DNA of 40,968 bases from Octopus sinensis (lineage: Eukaryota): the NCBI RefSeq assembly GCF_006345805.1, contig NW_021828081.1, positions 1 to 40,968 of the forward strand, written 5' to 3'. This document shows positions 1-11,568 of the stretch, one piece after another. A model generated the notes under the pieces. The model was not told the DNA's origin. It saw only the letters and a list, made by a program, of their open reading frames with translations, and searched no databases. The translations under genes were made by a program, and so were the position numbers. How positions within the stretch are numbered: position 1 is the first letter of the stretch; each line of letters starts with the position of its first letter.

Positions 1-299
1 GCAACACACAACACAATGATTAAATGTTAGAGGTTTCGATTTTCCTTTTGTTTTTCTATTTTCTTTTATTTATGTTGGTTTTGTTCTCTAAGTATTTACT
101 AGTGTACTTTTAACGTTCTGAGATCGAATCACACCCGTAGTCGGTTTTTATTTTATTTATTTATTTTTTTTTGGTTTTGGTCCTTCTTGTTTTTTCGGGC
201 GGGGGGGGGCTTATTTTGTCTTTTGGATTTTTTTTTTTAATTTACGTTTGTTGCTACTGCTGCTGCTGTTGCTGTTGAGCGAAACGGTCTTCCTCCTGT

Positions 300-539
300 A
301 GTGGGAAAAGTCCGAAACGTGGTCTTTTGCTATTCGTAAGACCCGCAGAAGAGAAAGCAGGTCAACCTCCGACACCGAGAGCATCGACGGATGGATGAAT
401 GCGCATCTAGGCTCAGCGGTTGCGTAGGTGCTTTAGGTGTTTTCGCTCAATAAACGCACACAACGCCCGGTCTGGGAATCGAAACCGCGATCCTCCGACC
501 GCGAGTCCGCTACCCTGACCACTGGGTCATTGTACCTCC
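300..539 (-). mobile_element. tRNA-derived SINE, family A head (OR-like) with a distinct 3' tail
   Basis: Reverse complement reads GGAGGTACAATGACCCAGTGGTCAGGG (A-box) ... GGTTTCGATTCCCAGACC (B-box). Same head as 7163-7458 and 40346-40734. Confidence 0.8.
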
Positions 540-540
540 T

Positions 541-845
541 CCTGCTGCTGCTGCTGCTGTTGTTGTTGTTGTTGTTGTTAAGCAACAAGATGGGTAAGGG
601 TGATTAGGGCTGAGGGGTGGGAGACCCCAGACCTTGGAAAAAAAAACTTTGGTCGTCTTGTTGTAGTCTAGGGCTCTTCTTTCACGCCCGACACCACTGG
701 GAGGTGGCCCTCCAAGTCGCTGGAAATGGAGATCTCCAGGTCCAAATTCTTGGACGGCTGCTGCTGTGCTGCTGCCGTTGTTACGTTGATGTTGTTGCTG
801 TTGTTATTGTGTTGCTACTGCTGTTGTTGTTGTTGTTGTTGTTGT

Positions 846-884
<39 letters not shown>

Positions 885-922
885 CGATGAGATGATGATG
901 ATGATGATGATGATAATGATGG

Positions 923-956
<34 letters not shown>

Positions 957-1147
957 AATGATGATGATGATGAAATGATGATGATGATGATGATGGCAAT
1001 GATGATGATGATGATGATGATAATGATGATGATGATGATGACGATGGTAATGATGATGATGATGATGATAATGATGATGAAGATGGTAATGATGATGATG
1101 ATGATGATAATGATGATGATGATGATAATGATGATGATGATGATGAA

Positions 1148-1179
<32 letters not shown>

Positions 1180-1401
1180 GATGGTAATGATGATGATGAT
1201 GATGATGAGGATGATAATGATGAGGATGACGATGAGGATGGTAATGATGATGATGATGATGATAATGATGATGATGATGAAATGATGATGATGATGATGA
1301 TGAAGATGGTAATGATGATGATGATGATGATGATAATGATGATGAAGATGGTAATGATGATGATGATGATGATAATGATGATGATGATGATGAAGATGGT
1401 A

Positions 1402-1435
<34 letters not shown>

Positions 1436-1448
1436 GGATGATGATGAA
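541..1448. repeat. Compound GCT/GTT then long imperfect (GAT)n microsatellite
   Basis: Directly visible. The GAT tract runs ~847-1447 and produces the poly-M/H/I/D ORFs. Confidence 0.97.
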
Positions 1449-1811
1449 GCATTTTCACTGCAAGTTATTGCATTGTTACTACTATTAGTGCAGCGTTGCT
1501 ACTGCTGCTGCTGCTGTTATTGTCATGTTGACGCAGCGGTTGTTGCTGTTGTTGCTGCTGCTGCTTTTGCTATACTGCTGTTGTTGTCTTTGGCGCTGCT
1601 GCCGTTGCTCTTCGTCTGACCGTATGATTAGCCCTGACCAGTAAACCCATGATCAAAGACATTCCAGCCTTTACCGACCATCGGATCTACTTTTATAGCC
1701 TCTTACACTGCAATAAAAGGATAATCTATCATTATCCAGCATAGCCTCCTATATTCTAATGAAGGCGCTGCTCCAAAGTCCCCAAAAGGATGAAAGATAA
1801 AGTCGATCACA

Positions 1812-1933
1812 ACTGGAGCAACGTGAAATAAAGTGTCTTGCTCAAGAACCCAACACGCAGCCCGGTCCGGGATTTGAGCTCAAAACCTCACGATCGTAAG
1901 CTCAGTGCTCTAACCACTGAGCCATGCGCCTTC
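1812..1933 (-). mobile_element. SINE family B head fragment
   Basis: ACTGGAGCAACGTGAAATAAAGTGTCTTGCTCAAG...CTAACCACTGAGCCATGCG; matches 6080-6200 and 23170-23292. Confidence 0.8.
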
Positions 1934-2146
1934 ATAACTCTTGATAATATTTAATACTAAAAATATTATGGGGTATTTTTAAAACTTCAAATGGTTGTGG
2001 GGGCCCATCCGAGTAAATCAGGAGTCAGAGGAGCCCACAGGCAAAAAATAATTGAGGAATACTGAGAACAGCTTTGGTCGCTGTATGTTCTTTTTAAAGG
2101 CAGCAGAGTGACACTTGAGAGAGATGTCGCTTTTGTGACCCCTTCA

Positions 2147-2330
2147 GTCATGAATGACCATGGGATTGCACCAAGAAAGCTACTTTCCGAGGCACAAGTC
2201 TGGGCAAGGTTGTTTATGGAAGACCAGCAGTCACCCACGCATACCAGCCTCCCCTCCCCATGCCACTGATGTTATCCAAGGGAAAGGCAAAAGCCGATAC
2301 AGCTTGGCACCAGTGACGTCGCAGCTCATT
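2147..2330 (-). mobile_element. SINE family B 3' tail fragment
   Basis: Reverse-complement match to the tail of 21626-21898 (GGCAAGGTTGTTTATGGAAG...GGCACCAGTGACGTCGC). Confidence 0.7.
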
Positions 2331-2643
2331 TATTAACGTGCAAGTGGCTGAGCACTCCACAGACACGTGTACCCTTAACGTGTACCCTAACGTGAATCAG
2401 GGAGATTTAGCATGACACAGACTGTGACAAGGCTGGCCCTTTGAAATACAGGTACAACAGAAACAGGAAGAAAGAGTGAGAGAAAGTTGTGGTGAAAGAG
2501 TACAGCAGGGTTCACCACCATCCCCTGCCGGAGCCTCGTGGAGCTTTAGGTGTTTTCGCTCAATAAACACTCACAACGCCCGGTCTGGGAATCGAAACCG
2601 CGATCCTACGACCACCGCCCTAACCACTGGGCCATTGCTCCTC
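2331..2643 (-). mobile_element. SINE family A, 3' partly truncated
   Basis: Colinear with 40420-40734; small deletion in the tRNA-like head. Confidence 0.85.
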
Positions 2644-2715
2644 CATGAGATGTCGCTACTACTTTTTTTTAATAGGTCGAGTTGACTTCGTAGAGGCCTT
2701 CCTCGCTGACTGATA

Positions 2716-2862
2716 GAGTACAGCAGGGATCACCACCCCCTGCCGGAGCCTCGTGGAGCTTTAGATGTTTTCGCTCAATAAACACTCACAATGCCCGGTC
2801 TGGGAATCGAAACCGCGATCCTACGACCACGAGTCCGCTGCCTTAACCACTGGGCCATTGCG
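2716..2862 (-). mobile_element. SINE family A head, part of a local ~218 bp tandem duplication
   Basis: GAGTACAGCAGGG restarts at 2716, and the same ~58 bp flank follows both copies. Confidence 0.85.
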
Positions 2863-3424
2863 CTGCTACTTTTTTTAATAGGTCGAGTTGACTTCGTAGA
2901 GGCCTTCCTCACTGACTGATAGGAACTCCGTGTATATTTATGTGCGTGTGGTAGATAAGAGTAAACAATGAGAGTTAAGTTGTCAAGCGGAGCATCAACA
3001 CCTTGGCTGCCATGTTGTAAACAGCATTACTGTTTACTATTCAAACATTCTGGTGTATATCTTGAGCTGGTGTCATCTGGCTTGTATCGATCATCTCACC
3101 TGGGTCATTTAGTTCATCTGGGTCATCTGGGCATCTGGTTCATATCCCTAGATAACAGCTTTCCGGCCGAGCCTCCAACAAAAAAGAAGTCTTTATGTGG
3201 CTTCTCGATTGCTAGAAACAGTAGCAGTCATCCAAACTTCTCTCTCTCAGGTTACGCCTTATTATCTTTCTTTAGAGATATGTGTTAGAGGACAGAAACA
3301 CTGGGTCATGCCTAAAGTATCTGATGAAGAAAAAAGAAGATAGAAATGATGGTTACGGCTGGAGGGCTTTTAATTATAAGTTTGCTCGATTAAAACTGAT
3401 CTGTGGCTAATCAAAAACAAAGTT

Positions 3425-3960
3425 TTTTTCTATTTTGGCAACGGACAGCAATTTTGAGAGGAGGGGCTAAGTCATTACATCGACCCCCGTATGTAACTGG
3501 TACTTATTTAATCGACCTCGAAACGATGAAAGGTAAAGTCTATCTCGGCGGAATTTGAACTCAGAACGTAAAACGCCGGAAAAAACGCTGTTGGGCATTT
3601 TGTCCGACACACTAACAATTCACTAAGCTTGTCGCCTTACAATTGGTTCAGATTTCGGTACGAGGTTAGAAATTTGTGGTGAGAAGGTGAGGTTTCATCG
3701 ATTACATTGACCCTAGTGTCTCACTGGTACTTATTTTATTGACCTCGAAAAGATGAAAGGCAAAGTCAACCTCGGCAGAAATTGGAATCAGAATGTAAGG
3801 CACCAGAAGCATTTTGACCGACGGCCTAACGATTCTGCCAACTCACTGCCTTAAGGAATACTTTAAAAATTGGTCACATGACCAACAAACATGAGGGGAG
3901 GGGAGAAAGTTGGATACATCAACCCCAGTGCTCAACTGAAACTTATTTTATTGACCCCAA
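3425..3960 (-). mobile_element. Cluster of three diverged family D SINEs, head to tail
   Basis: Three repeats of the ACTGGTACTTATTT.ATCGACC.CGAAA.GATGAAAGG.AAAGTC block. Confidence 0.8.
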
Positions 3961-3999
3961 AAGTCCGACGATAACTTAACTGGCTGAAATATCAATTTT

Positions 4000-4001
<2 letters not shown>

Positions 4002-4053
<52 letters not shown>

Positions 4054-4081
4054 TGCTTGTGTGTGTGTGTGTGTGTGTGTT
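4002..4081. repeat. (GT)n microsatellite
   Basis: Directly visible. Confidence 0.98.
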
Positions 4082-4434
4082 GTATTTGGAAAGATGAATA
4101 GAAATGGTTTTTCTGATAGTTTTTCCACAGATGTTCATAAATTAGCACCTAATAATTTATGAAAATCTAATTAAAGTGGAAGAATTATCAGGAAAGTCAT
4201 TTCTATTCATCTTTTCAAATATAAAATGCTGTACCAAGGACCTTCTGTTTTTAATTCTACCGTATACATGAAAGTGTATGTATGTGTGTGCATGTGTGTG
4301 TGTATGCAATGCAGACGTATAAGTATATACGTGCATATATGCATATGTGTATCTGTGTGGGTGCGTATGTATGATATGTGTGTGTGGGGGTGTACATCAT
4401 GTTACCCGAAACATAAAACTGAGCATTTTTTTTA

Positions 4435-5045
4435 ACGTAGCAAAGCGAATATGCAAAGTAGTGTCAGACCTGTCTAAACGTGAAGAAATACTGGATGAAA
4501 TGAAGATACTGCTTATCTAAAGAACGTATCCACTTGACGTAATCACCAACGGAATAGACTGGGCAAAACGTATTGATAAGAGCTAAGCAAAAATAAAAGA
4601 AATCAAGAAAGATGTTTTACCATATGTGTCAACCCTCAACCTCAGAAACATCGAAATATTTGATCACATCCAAAGAAAATCTACGCTGTTCTAATTGGAA
4701 AAGAAAAAAATGAAAAACAAATTTCTGGAAACACCAAATCATCAAAAGTAAAAGGCAGACATTATCACTGAAACAAAACCACATAAATAGGTCCCCAACC
4801 CAACTGTGACAAAATGAGGAAGAGCAAACTATGGCACCTGCCTTTCCCTAGCTGAAGGACCAGAGTTTAAATTTAGAATGCCTAAACTTTCGAAGTAAAA
4901 TTCAACTTTACCTGCATCTCGGAAAATGTACATGTGGTGGATGCCAGCAAAGTTACATAGGACAGACGGGTGTGTCATTATGCAAAAGAATGACGATTCA
5001 CCGCCAACAGATCCGAGATGAAAATACAAGGAAAATGACAGGTTG
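4435..5045 (+). pseudogene. Penelope-like retroelement remnant (post-RT linker and GIY-YIG endonuclease)
   Basis: 4933-5031 translates CGGCQQSYIGQTGVSLCKRMTIHRQQIRDENTR (YIG motif), preceded by ...FEVKFNFTCISENV. Upstream KRICKVVSD...YPLDVI resembles the PLE thumb region. Stops and frameshifts present. Confidence 0.8.
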
Positions 5046-5362
5046 TGCAGAAATGCACTTACCCAGCTTCATAATCCCCCTCCCCTACACAAGTGCTCAA
5101 ACTTTTTCACTCACCAGCAAAGAATGAATAATGAAAAACAATTACAAATATAAATTTATAAATATAAACTACAATTTAATATGACATCATCTAACATTAG
5201 TCAATTAATAAGGATCTCTAGTTTACACACGTCCTTATCACTAGATTACTGTGAGTTTGTGAGTCTTGAAATGTTTCTAAGAATGGAAAATTATCTAGAT
5301 AAATAAATGATTTGCTTAATGTGTGTGTAATTGTTCTGATGATTTATTTTCTTTCTATTCAG

Positions 5363-5388
5363 CGTTTCAGCCGCACACGCCCGCAGAG
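5363..5388 (+). CDS. Candidate 26-nt micro-exon of host gene (VSAAHARR)
   Basis: Polypyrimidine acceptor TTTATTTTCTTTCTATTCAG; donor GAG|GTACAA (weak). GC-rich island in AT-rich DNA; phase compatible with 16074-16131. Confidence 0.3.
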
Positions 5389-5874
5389 GTACAAATACCA
5401 CAAAGTATAAGAGAAATAATTCCTTCCCCCAAAACGACATATTCCCAAAACATATTTCTTTGACTGAAAACTTTGACCAAATACAATTAAAATATAATTG
5501 TACCCTTGACACAATGAAACCCAACCTACACATACAGAGGGGAAAAAACCTCCATCAATGCAACTTTCAACCATCCTCAAATCCCTTTTTACATACATAT
5601 ACATTTAATACATTTTGTATATAAATAAAAGAGGCAGGCAACAGGTTGCTTAGCCACATACCGAAAAAATTAGAAATAGCAGTCAAAGACTGTTTATTTC
5701 TATTTTCTACAAATGAGACTCTACATACGACATATCCCTAACCTATACAAAATATATATTGAACTTTTATAGAAGTTCCTACCGTTAATGGTTATATTTA
5801 CATGCCGAAATCTACCAGTAAATAATTGTTGGGTTTTTTTAAACCATTAAAGCTATTATTTACTCTCATTATAT

Positions 5875-6200
5875 CTAAAGACTCCGCCGGTTACGACGAC
5901 GAGGGTCCCAGCTGATACGATCAACGGAACAGCTTGCTCGTGAAATTAACGTGCAAATGGCTGAGCATTCCACAGACACGTGTACCCTTAACGTAGTTCT
6001 CGGGGAAAATCAGCGTGACACAGAGAGTGACAAGGCTGACCCTTTGAAATACAAGTACAACTCATTTTTGCCAGCTGAGTGGACTGGAGCAACGTGAAAT
6101 AAAGTGTCTTGCTCAGGGACACAACGCGTCGCTGGGAATCGAACTCACAACCTTACGATCATGAGCCAAATGCCCTAACCACTAAGCCACGCACCCTCAC
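5875..6200 (-). mobile_element. Full-length SINE family B with 13-bp TSD
   Basis: TSD ACTCTCATTATAT at 5862-5874 and 6201-6213; tRNA-like head GTGCGTGGCTTAGTGGTTAGGGC...GAGTTCGATTCCC. Confidence 0.92.
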
Positions 6201-6512
6201 ACTCTCATTATATACATTTAATACAATACACACACACACACGCATCTACACACACATACACACACAGCTTGATATATTCTGAATACAAAAGAAGCCTGTT
6301 TTTCAATTCAATAGAATTTTTGAAACCTGACCCCTTGAACCTCATTCCAAATCCTTGCATAAACAACATGTATAAGAAGAGACTTTAAGGGGAAATATTA
6401 AACATGTTCTTAAATACACGCAGAATATGAGAGCAAACTGTCTTAATGATTTTACGCCTTTTTATTTCCTTCTTTTTTTTTGATGAATTCTTCGTATTCG
6501 ACAAGACGGAGA

Positions 6513-6655
6513 TACGAGTGTGTGGTGAAAAGTTTCTGGCTTTCGGTAAAAGAAATTACGGGAGAATCTGTTCATCATGACTTTATTCAACATATTTCCC
6601 TTCAGATCCACACACTTAGTGTGGCGTTCTTCCAATTTTCCCAAGCCCTGTAGTC
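6513..6655 (+). mobile_element. Probable mariner-type element left end
   Basis: TA followed by CGAGTGTGTGGTGAAAAGT resembles mariner TIR starts; no right TIR found. Confidence 0.4.
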
Positions 6656-6659
6656 ACAT

Positions 6660-6724
<65 letters not shown>

Positions 6725-6819
6725 GGTGTGTGTGTGTGTGTATACGTATATGTATATACACACGTCCAGACCTTTCATACGCACCACATACTCTCTCATA
6801 CACACACGCACCCTTATGT

Positions 6820-7130
6820 TAGGGCGAAGTCATTTGACACTGTTATCTCCCCTATTTTCGCTCTTGCGTCTCACGTTTGATCTCTGACTTCTGGCCAGAA
6901 TCAGATCGCCATGTTGAATCGCTAGCTTCTGCACGCATATTTTTCTCTCCTTGTTTCTCTCTTTGTTTCTCTCCGTGTTTCTTTTCTGTGTATCTTTCTG
7001 TTGAAGAGCGTAGGCTCGAAACGTAAAAGACTTGTTTTATTTATATTCCTGAGCGCCATACTAATACAATTGTTTGTTTGTACTCCACCTGCCTTCGTCT
7101 TTTGTTTATTTTCATAAAGCTTCCCGTTAT
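6820..7130 (+). mobile_element. Non-coding Penelope-type terminal-repeat fragment carrying a hammerhead-like motif
   Basis: Contains the 6993-7030 motif, follows a pyrimidine-rich tract and lies between TA/CA microsatellites; PLE origin is inferred. Confidence 0.45.
6993..7030 (+). ncRNA. Minimal type I hammerhead-like motif, variant core CUGUUGA
   Basis: TCTTT (stem I) CTGTTGA A GAGC-GTAG-GCTC (stem II) GAAA CGTA AAAGA (stem I'); palindromic ACGT stem III. Confidence 0.55.
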
Positions 7131-7162
7131 ACATATACATATACATATATATATGTATGTGT

Positions 7163-7458
7163 GTAGGCGCAATGGCCCAGTGGTTAGGGCAGCGGACTCG
7201 CGGTCGTAGGATCGCGGTTTCGATTCCCAGACCGGGCGTTGTGAGTGTTTATTGAGCGAAAACACCTAAAATTCCACGAGGCTCCGGCAGGAGGTGGTGG
7301 CGATCCCTGCTGTACTCTTTCTCCCACTCTTTCTTCTGTTGGCCTGCTCACTTAGCCAGCGGGGTGGCGTCATTCAAAGGCTAAAACAATGCGAACGCAT
7401 TGTGACCAGCGATGTGTAACAACATCTGATGGTCTGGTTGGTCACGTGATCACGTGAT
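7163..7458 (+). mobile_element. Full-length SINE family A, tail ending CACGTGATCACGTGAT
   Basis: Head GGCGCAATGGCCCAGTGGTTAGGGCAGCGGACTCGCGG...GGTTTCGATTCCC; ATATATGTATGT on both flanks is a possible TSD. Confidence 0.9.
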
Positions 7459-7530
7459 ATATGTATGTATATATACATTTGTATGCGAAAGAGAGAAAAG
7501 GAGCGAGAATGAGAAAGAAAGAAGGAAGGA

Positions 7531-7565
<35 letters not shown>

Positions 7566-7836
7566 TACTCATAATTTGTTTTAAAATAATGTCGTTGTTC
7601 AATTTTACAAATGTATCAGGTGCAAATTTTATTATGGTTATTATTGCCATCAATTTGCAATATTCTTTTATTCTTTAAATTGTTTCACCCACTGGACTGC
7701 GACTGCGCTGGCATACATTTCCCATTCATTATTAGTTTAAATATATTTATGTAATTTAGGAATAAATTTACAGATGTTTTAGTGTAAATGGGAAACATTT
7801 GTGCTGTGTATATAAATGTGTTTATACAAATGAGTC

Positions 7837-7873
<37 letters not shown>

Positions 7874-7984
7874 AATAGGTGGCTAGATGTAATTCAAAAC
7901 CAAAAGACGAAACAATTCACCGACACTAAACTGTGACGAAAGGGGCAAAGAGCACAAAAAATGCTAGAAATAAGACTGTTCTTT

Positions 7985-8292
7985 AACTCTTATTTTGTTT
8001 GTTTGTTCCTTCTCGAGCCATGCTTGGCTCATAAGGGCCGGTTTCCCGGTTTCTTTGGCGTATAGGTTCCCCACCTGGACGGGACACCGGTCCGTCGCAG
8101 GTGAGCTGCAAGATCCAGGAGGAAAGAGTGAGAGAAAGTTGTGGCGAAAGCGTCAGCAGGCGTTCACCATTACCTTCTGCCTGGACCTTAGGTGTTTCGC
8201 TCATAAACACACACATCGCCCAGTCTGAGATTCGAACCCGAGATCCCTCGACCGCGAGTCCGCTACTCTAACCACTAGGCCATGTGCCACCA
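7985..8292 (-). mobile_element. Diverged SINE family A with a third tail type
   Basis: A-type head at 8200-8292; tail on the element strand reads CCTGCGACGGACCGGTGTCCCGTCCAGG...GAAACCGGGAAACCGGCCC. Confidence 0.75.
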
Positions 8293-8442
8293 CCTTATTT
8301 TGCTTAGTGACGGTGAATTATTTCCTTATATGTGTGTGTGTATGTATATGTATATCCACCTGTGTGTGCGTGTATGTGTGTATGTATATATCTACAAGTG
8401 TGTGTTGTGTGTGTATGTGTGTGGTGTGTGTGTGTGTGTGTG

Positions 8443-8474
<32 letters not shown>

Positions 8475-8808
8475 GGTTGCTATTATCTTAAACTGTCGTA
8501 TGTCAAAATTTGACCAAATGTGGTTTTTTTAAATATTTTATTCTGTTTGGAATAGCCGGTTCTTTTGGTCAAACTATCGTATCTCCAACTACTTCAGATG
8601 CCAAGATATCAAAAACTGTCAAAGTAGTACAACGGTTTAGCATTTTTCAAAAGTGTAGTAAGTCCCACATATTACAGTTTTGCAAAATTATTTCTATCAG
8701 AAAATATCATACATGCATGGAGTTACGATTTTTTATGCACCCAAACAAAGTATGGCTGACGGTTAGTAAGGAGAGACACAAACAAATAGGAAAGAAGAAA
8801 ACAAAGGA

Positions 8809-8848
8809 CCACTGATGCGGTCACAGGAGTGTGACGAAAGAACTCTGG
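8809..8848 (+). ncRNA. Minimal type I hammerhead-like motif, variant core CUGAUGC
   Basis: CCA CTGATGC G GTCAC-AGGAGT-GTGAC GAAA GAA CTC TGG: perfect 5-bp stem II, GAAA, NUH = CUC, 3-bp stem I. Confidence 0.55.
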
Positions 8849-9145
8849 CCGAAATAAGATTAAGATTAATGTAAAAAATAAATATCACTGAAGCAAAATA
8901 ACACCAAATATATAGTGCGTGTGTTTTTATTGGCTAAACTGGCAATATGACCATTCCGAAATATAACAACAAAGTAATTTTGTTAAGCTGAAACTGTTGC
9001 TAATGTAAAAAGAAAGAGAACGGTGAAACTATATTTTCATTTACTGAAAAAAAAGCAACGTTTTGGACTTACGACACTTTTGCGCAATAGCAACGATATA
9101 TTTGTGTGGGGTTGGGGGTGCGTGTCTGTGTTATTTTATATTTTA

Positions 9146-9548
9146 CTAGCAGTATCGCCCGGCGTTGCTCGGGTTTGTAAGGGAAATAAATATATAAGCA
9201 TTTTTAGAGAGTCATAGCCAAAAAATAGCAAAAAAATGCATTAAAAATGGAAAAAAAATTATGGTAAATTTTTTTTTTAATCGTTGACTCATCGTAGACA
9301 TTTTTAGAGAGTTACTTACCTTATATAAAGGCGAAAAATTCATTAATTAAAAATGGAAAAAAAATTATGGTAAATTTTTTTTAAAATCGTAGTCTCATCG
9401 TAGACGCGCGCTAATACCCAGAAGGGCTCAATATGAATCACGACTATAAGATACCCGGTTTTGGTTAAACTGCACCGCAAAATGTGGGAGTAGTTAGGAA
9501 TCTAAATCGTAGGAGACAGACACACAACTTCACTTTTATATATAAAGA
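9146..9548 (-). mobile_element. Non-autonomous Helitron, copy 1 (403 bp)
   Basis: Element strand begins A|TCTTTATATATAAAAG and ends CCCGAGCAACGCCGGG hairpin + CGATACTG-CTAG|T; inserted between A and T with no TSD; internal ~100 bp duplication. Confidence 0.85.
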
Positions 9549-9670
9549 TATTGTGCTTGTTTCAGCAGGATAACGAAAACGTCTTGTGAACAGTCTTGTA
9601 CTCGAGGTAATTTATAAATTCATGATCCGTTACCAAGTTAAAATGGCATGCTTTCACGGAGTTAAACATA

Positions 9671-10330
9671 GGATTTGAACTCAGAACGTAGCGGCAGACG
9701 TAATACCTATTTCTTTACTACCCACAAGGAGCTAATCACAGAGAGGACAAACAAGGACAGACAAATGGATTAAGTCGATTACATCGATCCCAGTGCGTAA
9801 CTGGTACTTATTTAATCGACCCCGAAAGGATGAAAGGCAAAGTTGACCTCGGCGGAATTTGAACTCAGAACCGGTGTGCTAGCGTTTCTTATTTCTTTAC
9901 TGCCCACAAGGGGCTAAACACAGAGGGGACAAGCAAGGACAGGCAAAGGGATTAAGTCGATTAAATCGACCCCAGTGCGTAACTGGTACTTATCTAATCG
10001 ACCACGAAAGGATGAAAGGCAAAGTCGACCTCGGAGGAATTTGAACTCAGAACGTAACGGCAGACGAAATACGGCTATGCATTTCGCCCGGCGTGCTAGC
10101 GTTTCTTATTTCTTTACTACCCACAAGGGGCTAAACACAGAGGGGACAAACAAGGACAGACACACGGATTAAGTCGATTACATCGATCCCAGTGCGTAAC
10201 TGGTACTTAATTTAATCGACCCCGAAAGGATGAAAGGTAAAGTCGACCTCGGCGGAATTTGAACTCAGAACGTAACGGCAGACGAAATACGGCTAAGCAT
10301 TTCGCCCGGCGTGCTAACATTTCTGCCAGC
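9671..10330 (-). mobile_element. Head-to-tail trimer of family D SINEs plus a head fragment
   Basis: Three units each starting TATTTCTTTACT.CCCACAAGG; two identical junctions GCTAGCGTTTCT|TATTTC. Confidence 0.9.
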
Positions 10331-10689
10331 TCATCGATAATATAATTATCCGCTTTGCACGAGTATATGGTCATTTGTGTATTTATGGTACTTCTGGAAT
10401 GTGCGGAATACAGTTTTAATATTACATGCAAATGATGTGAAAAGATATATAAATCACTCGGTTTAGTTCTATTAACTTCGTAGCTAATTTATATATACAC
10501 CCGCCTACACACACAGGCAAGTATATTAGTGTTAGATTTAATATAATTATGAAATGTCGACACTTTCGGTTTCCGGGGCTCGTTTAGACTGAAACAGAAA
10601 TCGTAAAACAAGTGTGTGCACTTGACATATGTATGAGCGTGTGAGCGTGAGTATGTGTCAGGTATATGTATGAATGCATGTATATATTT

Positions 10690-10737
10690 GTGTATGTATG
10701 TTGTATGTATGATATATATATTATATATATATATATA

Positions 10738-10800
<63 letters not shown>

Positions 10801-11070
10801 TAATAATATATATATAATAATATATATATATATATATATATTGTATATATATATATATATTATATATATATGTAAGCAGAGGCGTGGCTGTGTAGTAAGA
10901 AGCTTGCTTGCTTACCAACCACATGGTTCTGGGTTCAGTATCACTGCGTACGCACTTTGGGCAAATGTCTTCTACTATAGCCTCGGGCCGACAAAAAAAC
11001 CATGTGAGTGGATTTAGCGGGCGGAAACTGGAAGAAGCCCGTCATATATATTATAATATTATATATATAG

Positions 11071-11103
<33 letters not shown>

Positions 11104-11162
11104 ATATATATTTATATATATTTATATATATATATTATATATATTATATATATAATATAATA

Positions 11163-11230
<68 letters not shown>

Positions 11231-11329
11231 GTGTGTATACATGTATGTATGTATATATATACATATATATATGTACGTATGTATGAATATGCACACACAC
11301 CACATACATACATATATAGATATATATAT

Positions 11330-11366
<37 letters not shown>

Positions 11367-11474
11367 GATGAGGAAACACTTCATGTTCACATTGCAGCCG
11401 AAAATACTTCGTTCCAGGTCGGCAGTATAGCACTCTCTTCGTCCCTTATTCACCAAATAAGCTAGGATATATGC

Positions 11475-11566
<92 letters not shown>
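10690..11566. repeat. (TA)n, (TATG)n and (AGAT)n microsatellite block
   Basis: Directly visible; AGAT run at ~11476-11566. Confidence 0.95.
10876..11043 (+). mobile_element. SINE family C head; a degenerate C tail lies at ~11610-11730
   Basis: GGCGTGGCTGTGTAGTAAGAAGCTTGC...TTTGGGCAAATGTCTTCTACTATAGCC...GAAGCCCGTC matches 36461-36620. Confidence 0.8.

Positions 11567-11568
<2 letters not shown>

Noticed and set aside
296-330. CTGTAGT-GGGAAAAGTCC-GAAACGT hammerhead-like string
   Set aside because: Two core mismatches and no stem I; it falls at the tail of a SINE.
7163-7240. tRNA gene-like sequences (also at other SINE heads)
   Set aside because: A/B boxes run straight into SINE bodies and acceptor stems do not close; these are SINE heads, not tRNA genes.
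8518-8657. Signal-peptide-like MWFF/KYFILFGIAGSFGQ and a 60-nt AG...GTAAGT segment (8598-8657)
   Set aside because: The ATG frame stops after 4 codons unless a homopolymer T is deleted. The 60-nt exon is open and phase 1-1 but has no independent support; not excluded as an alternative exon.
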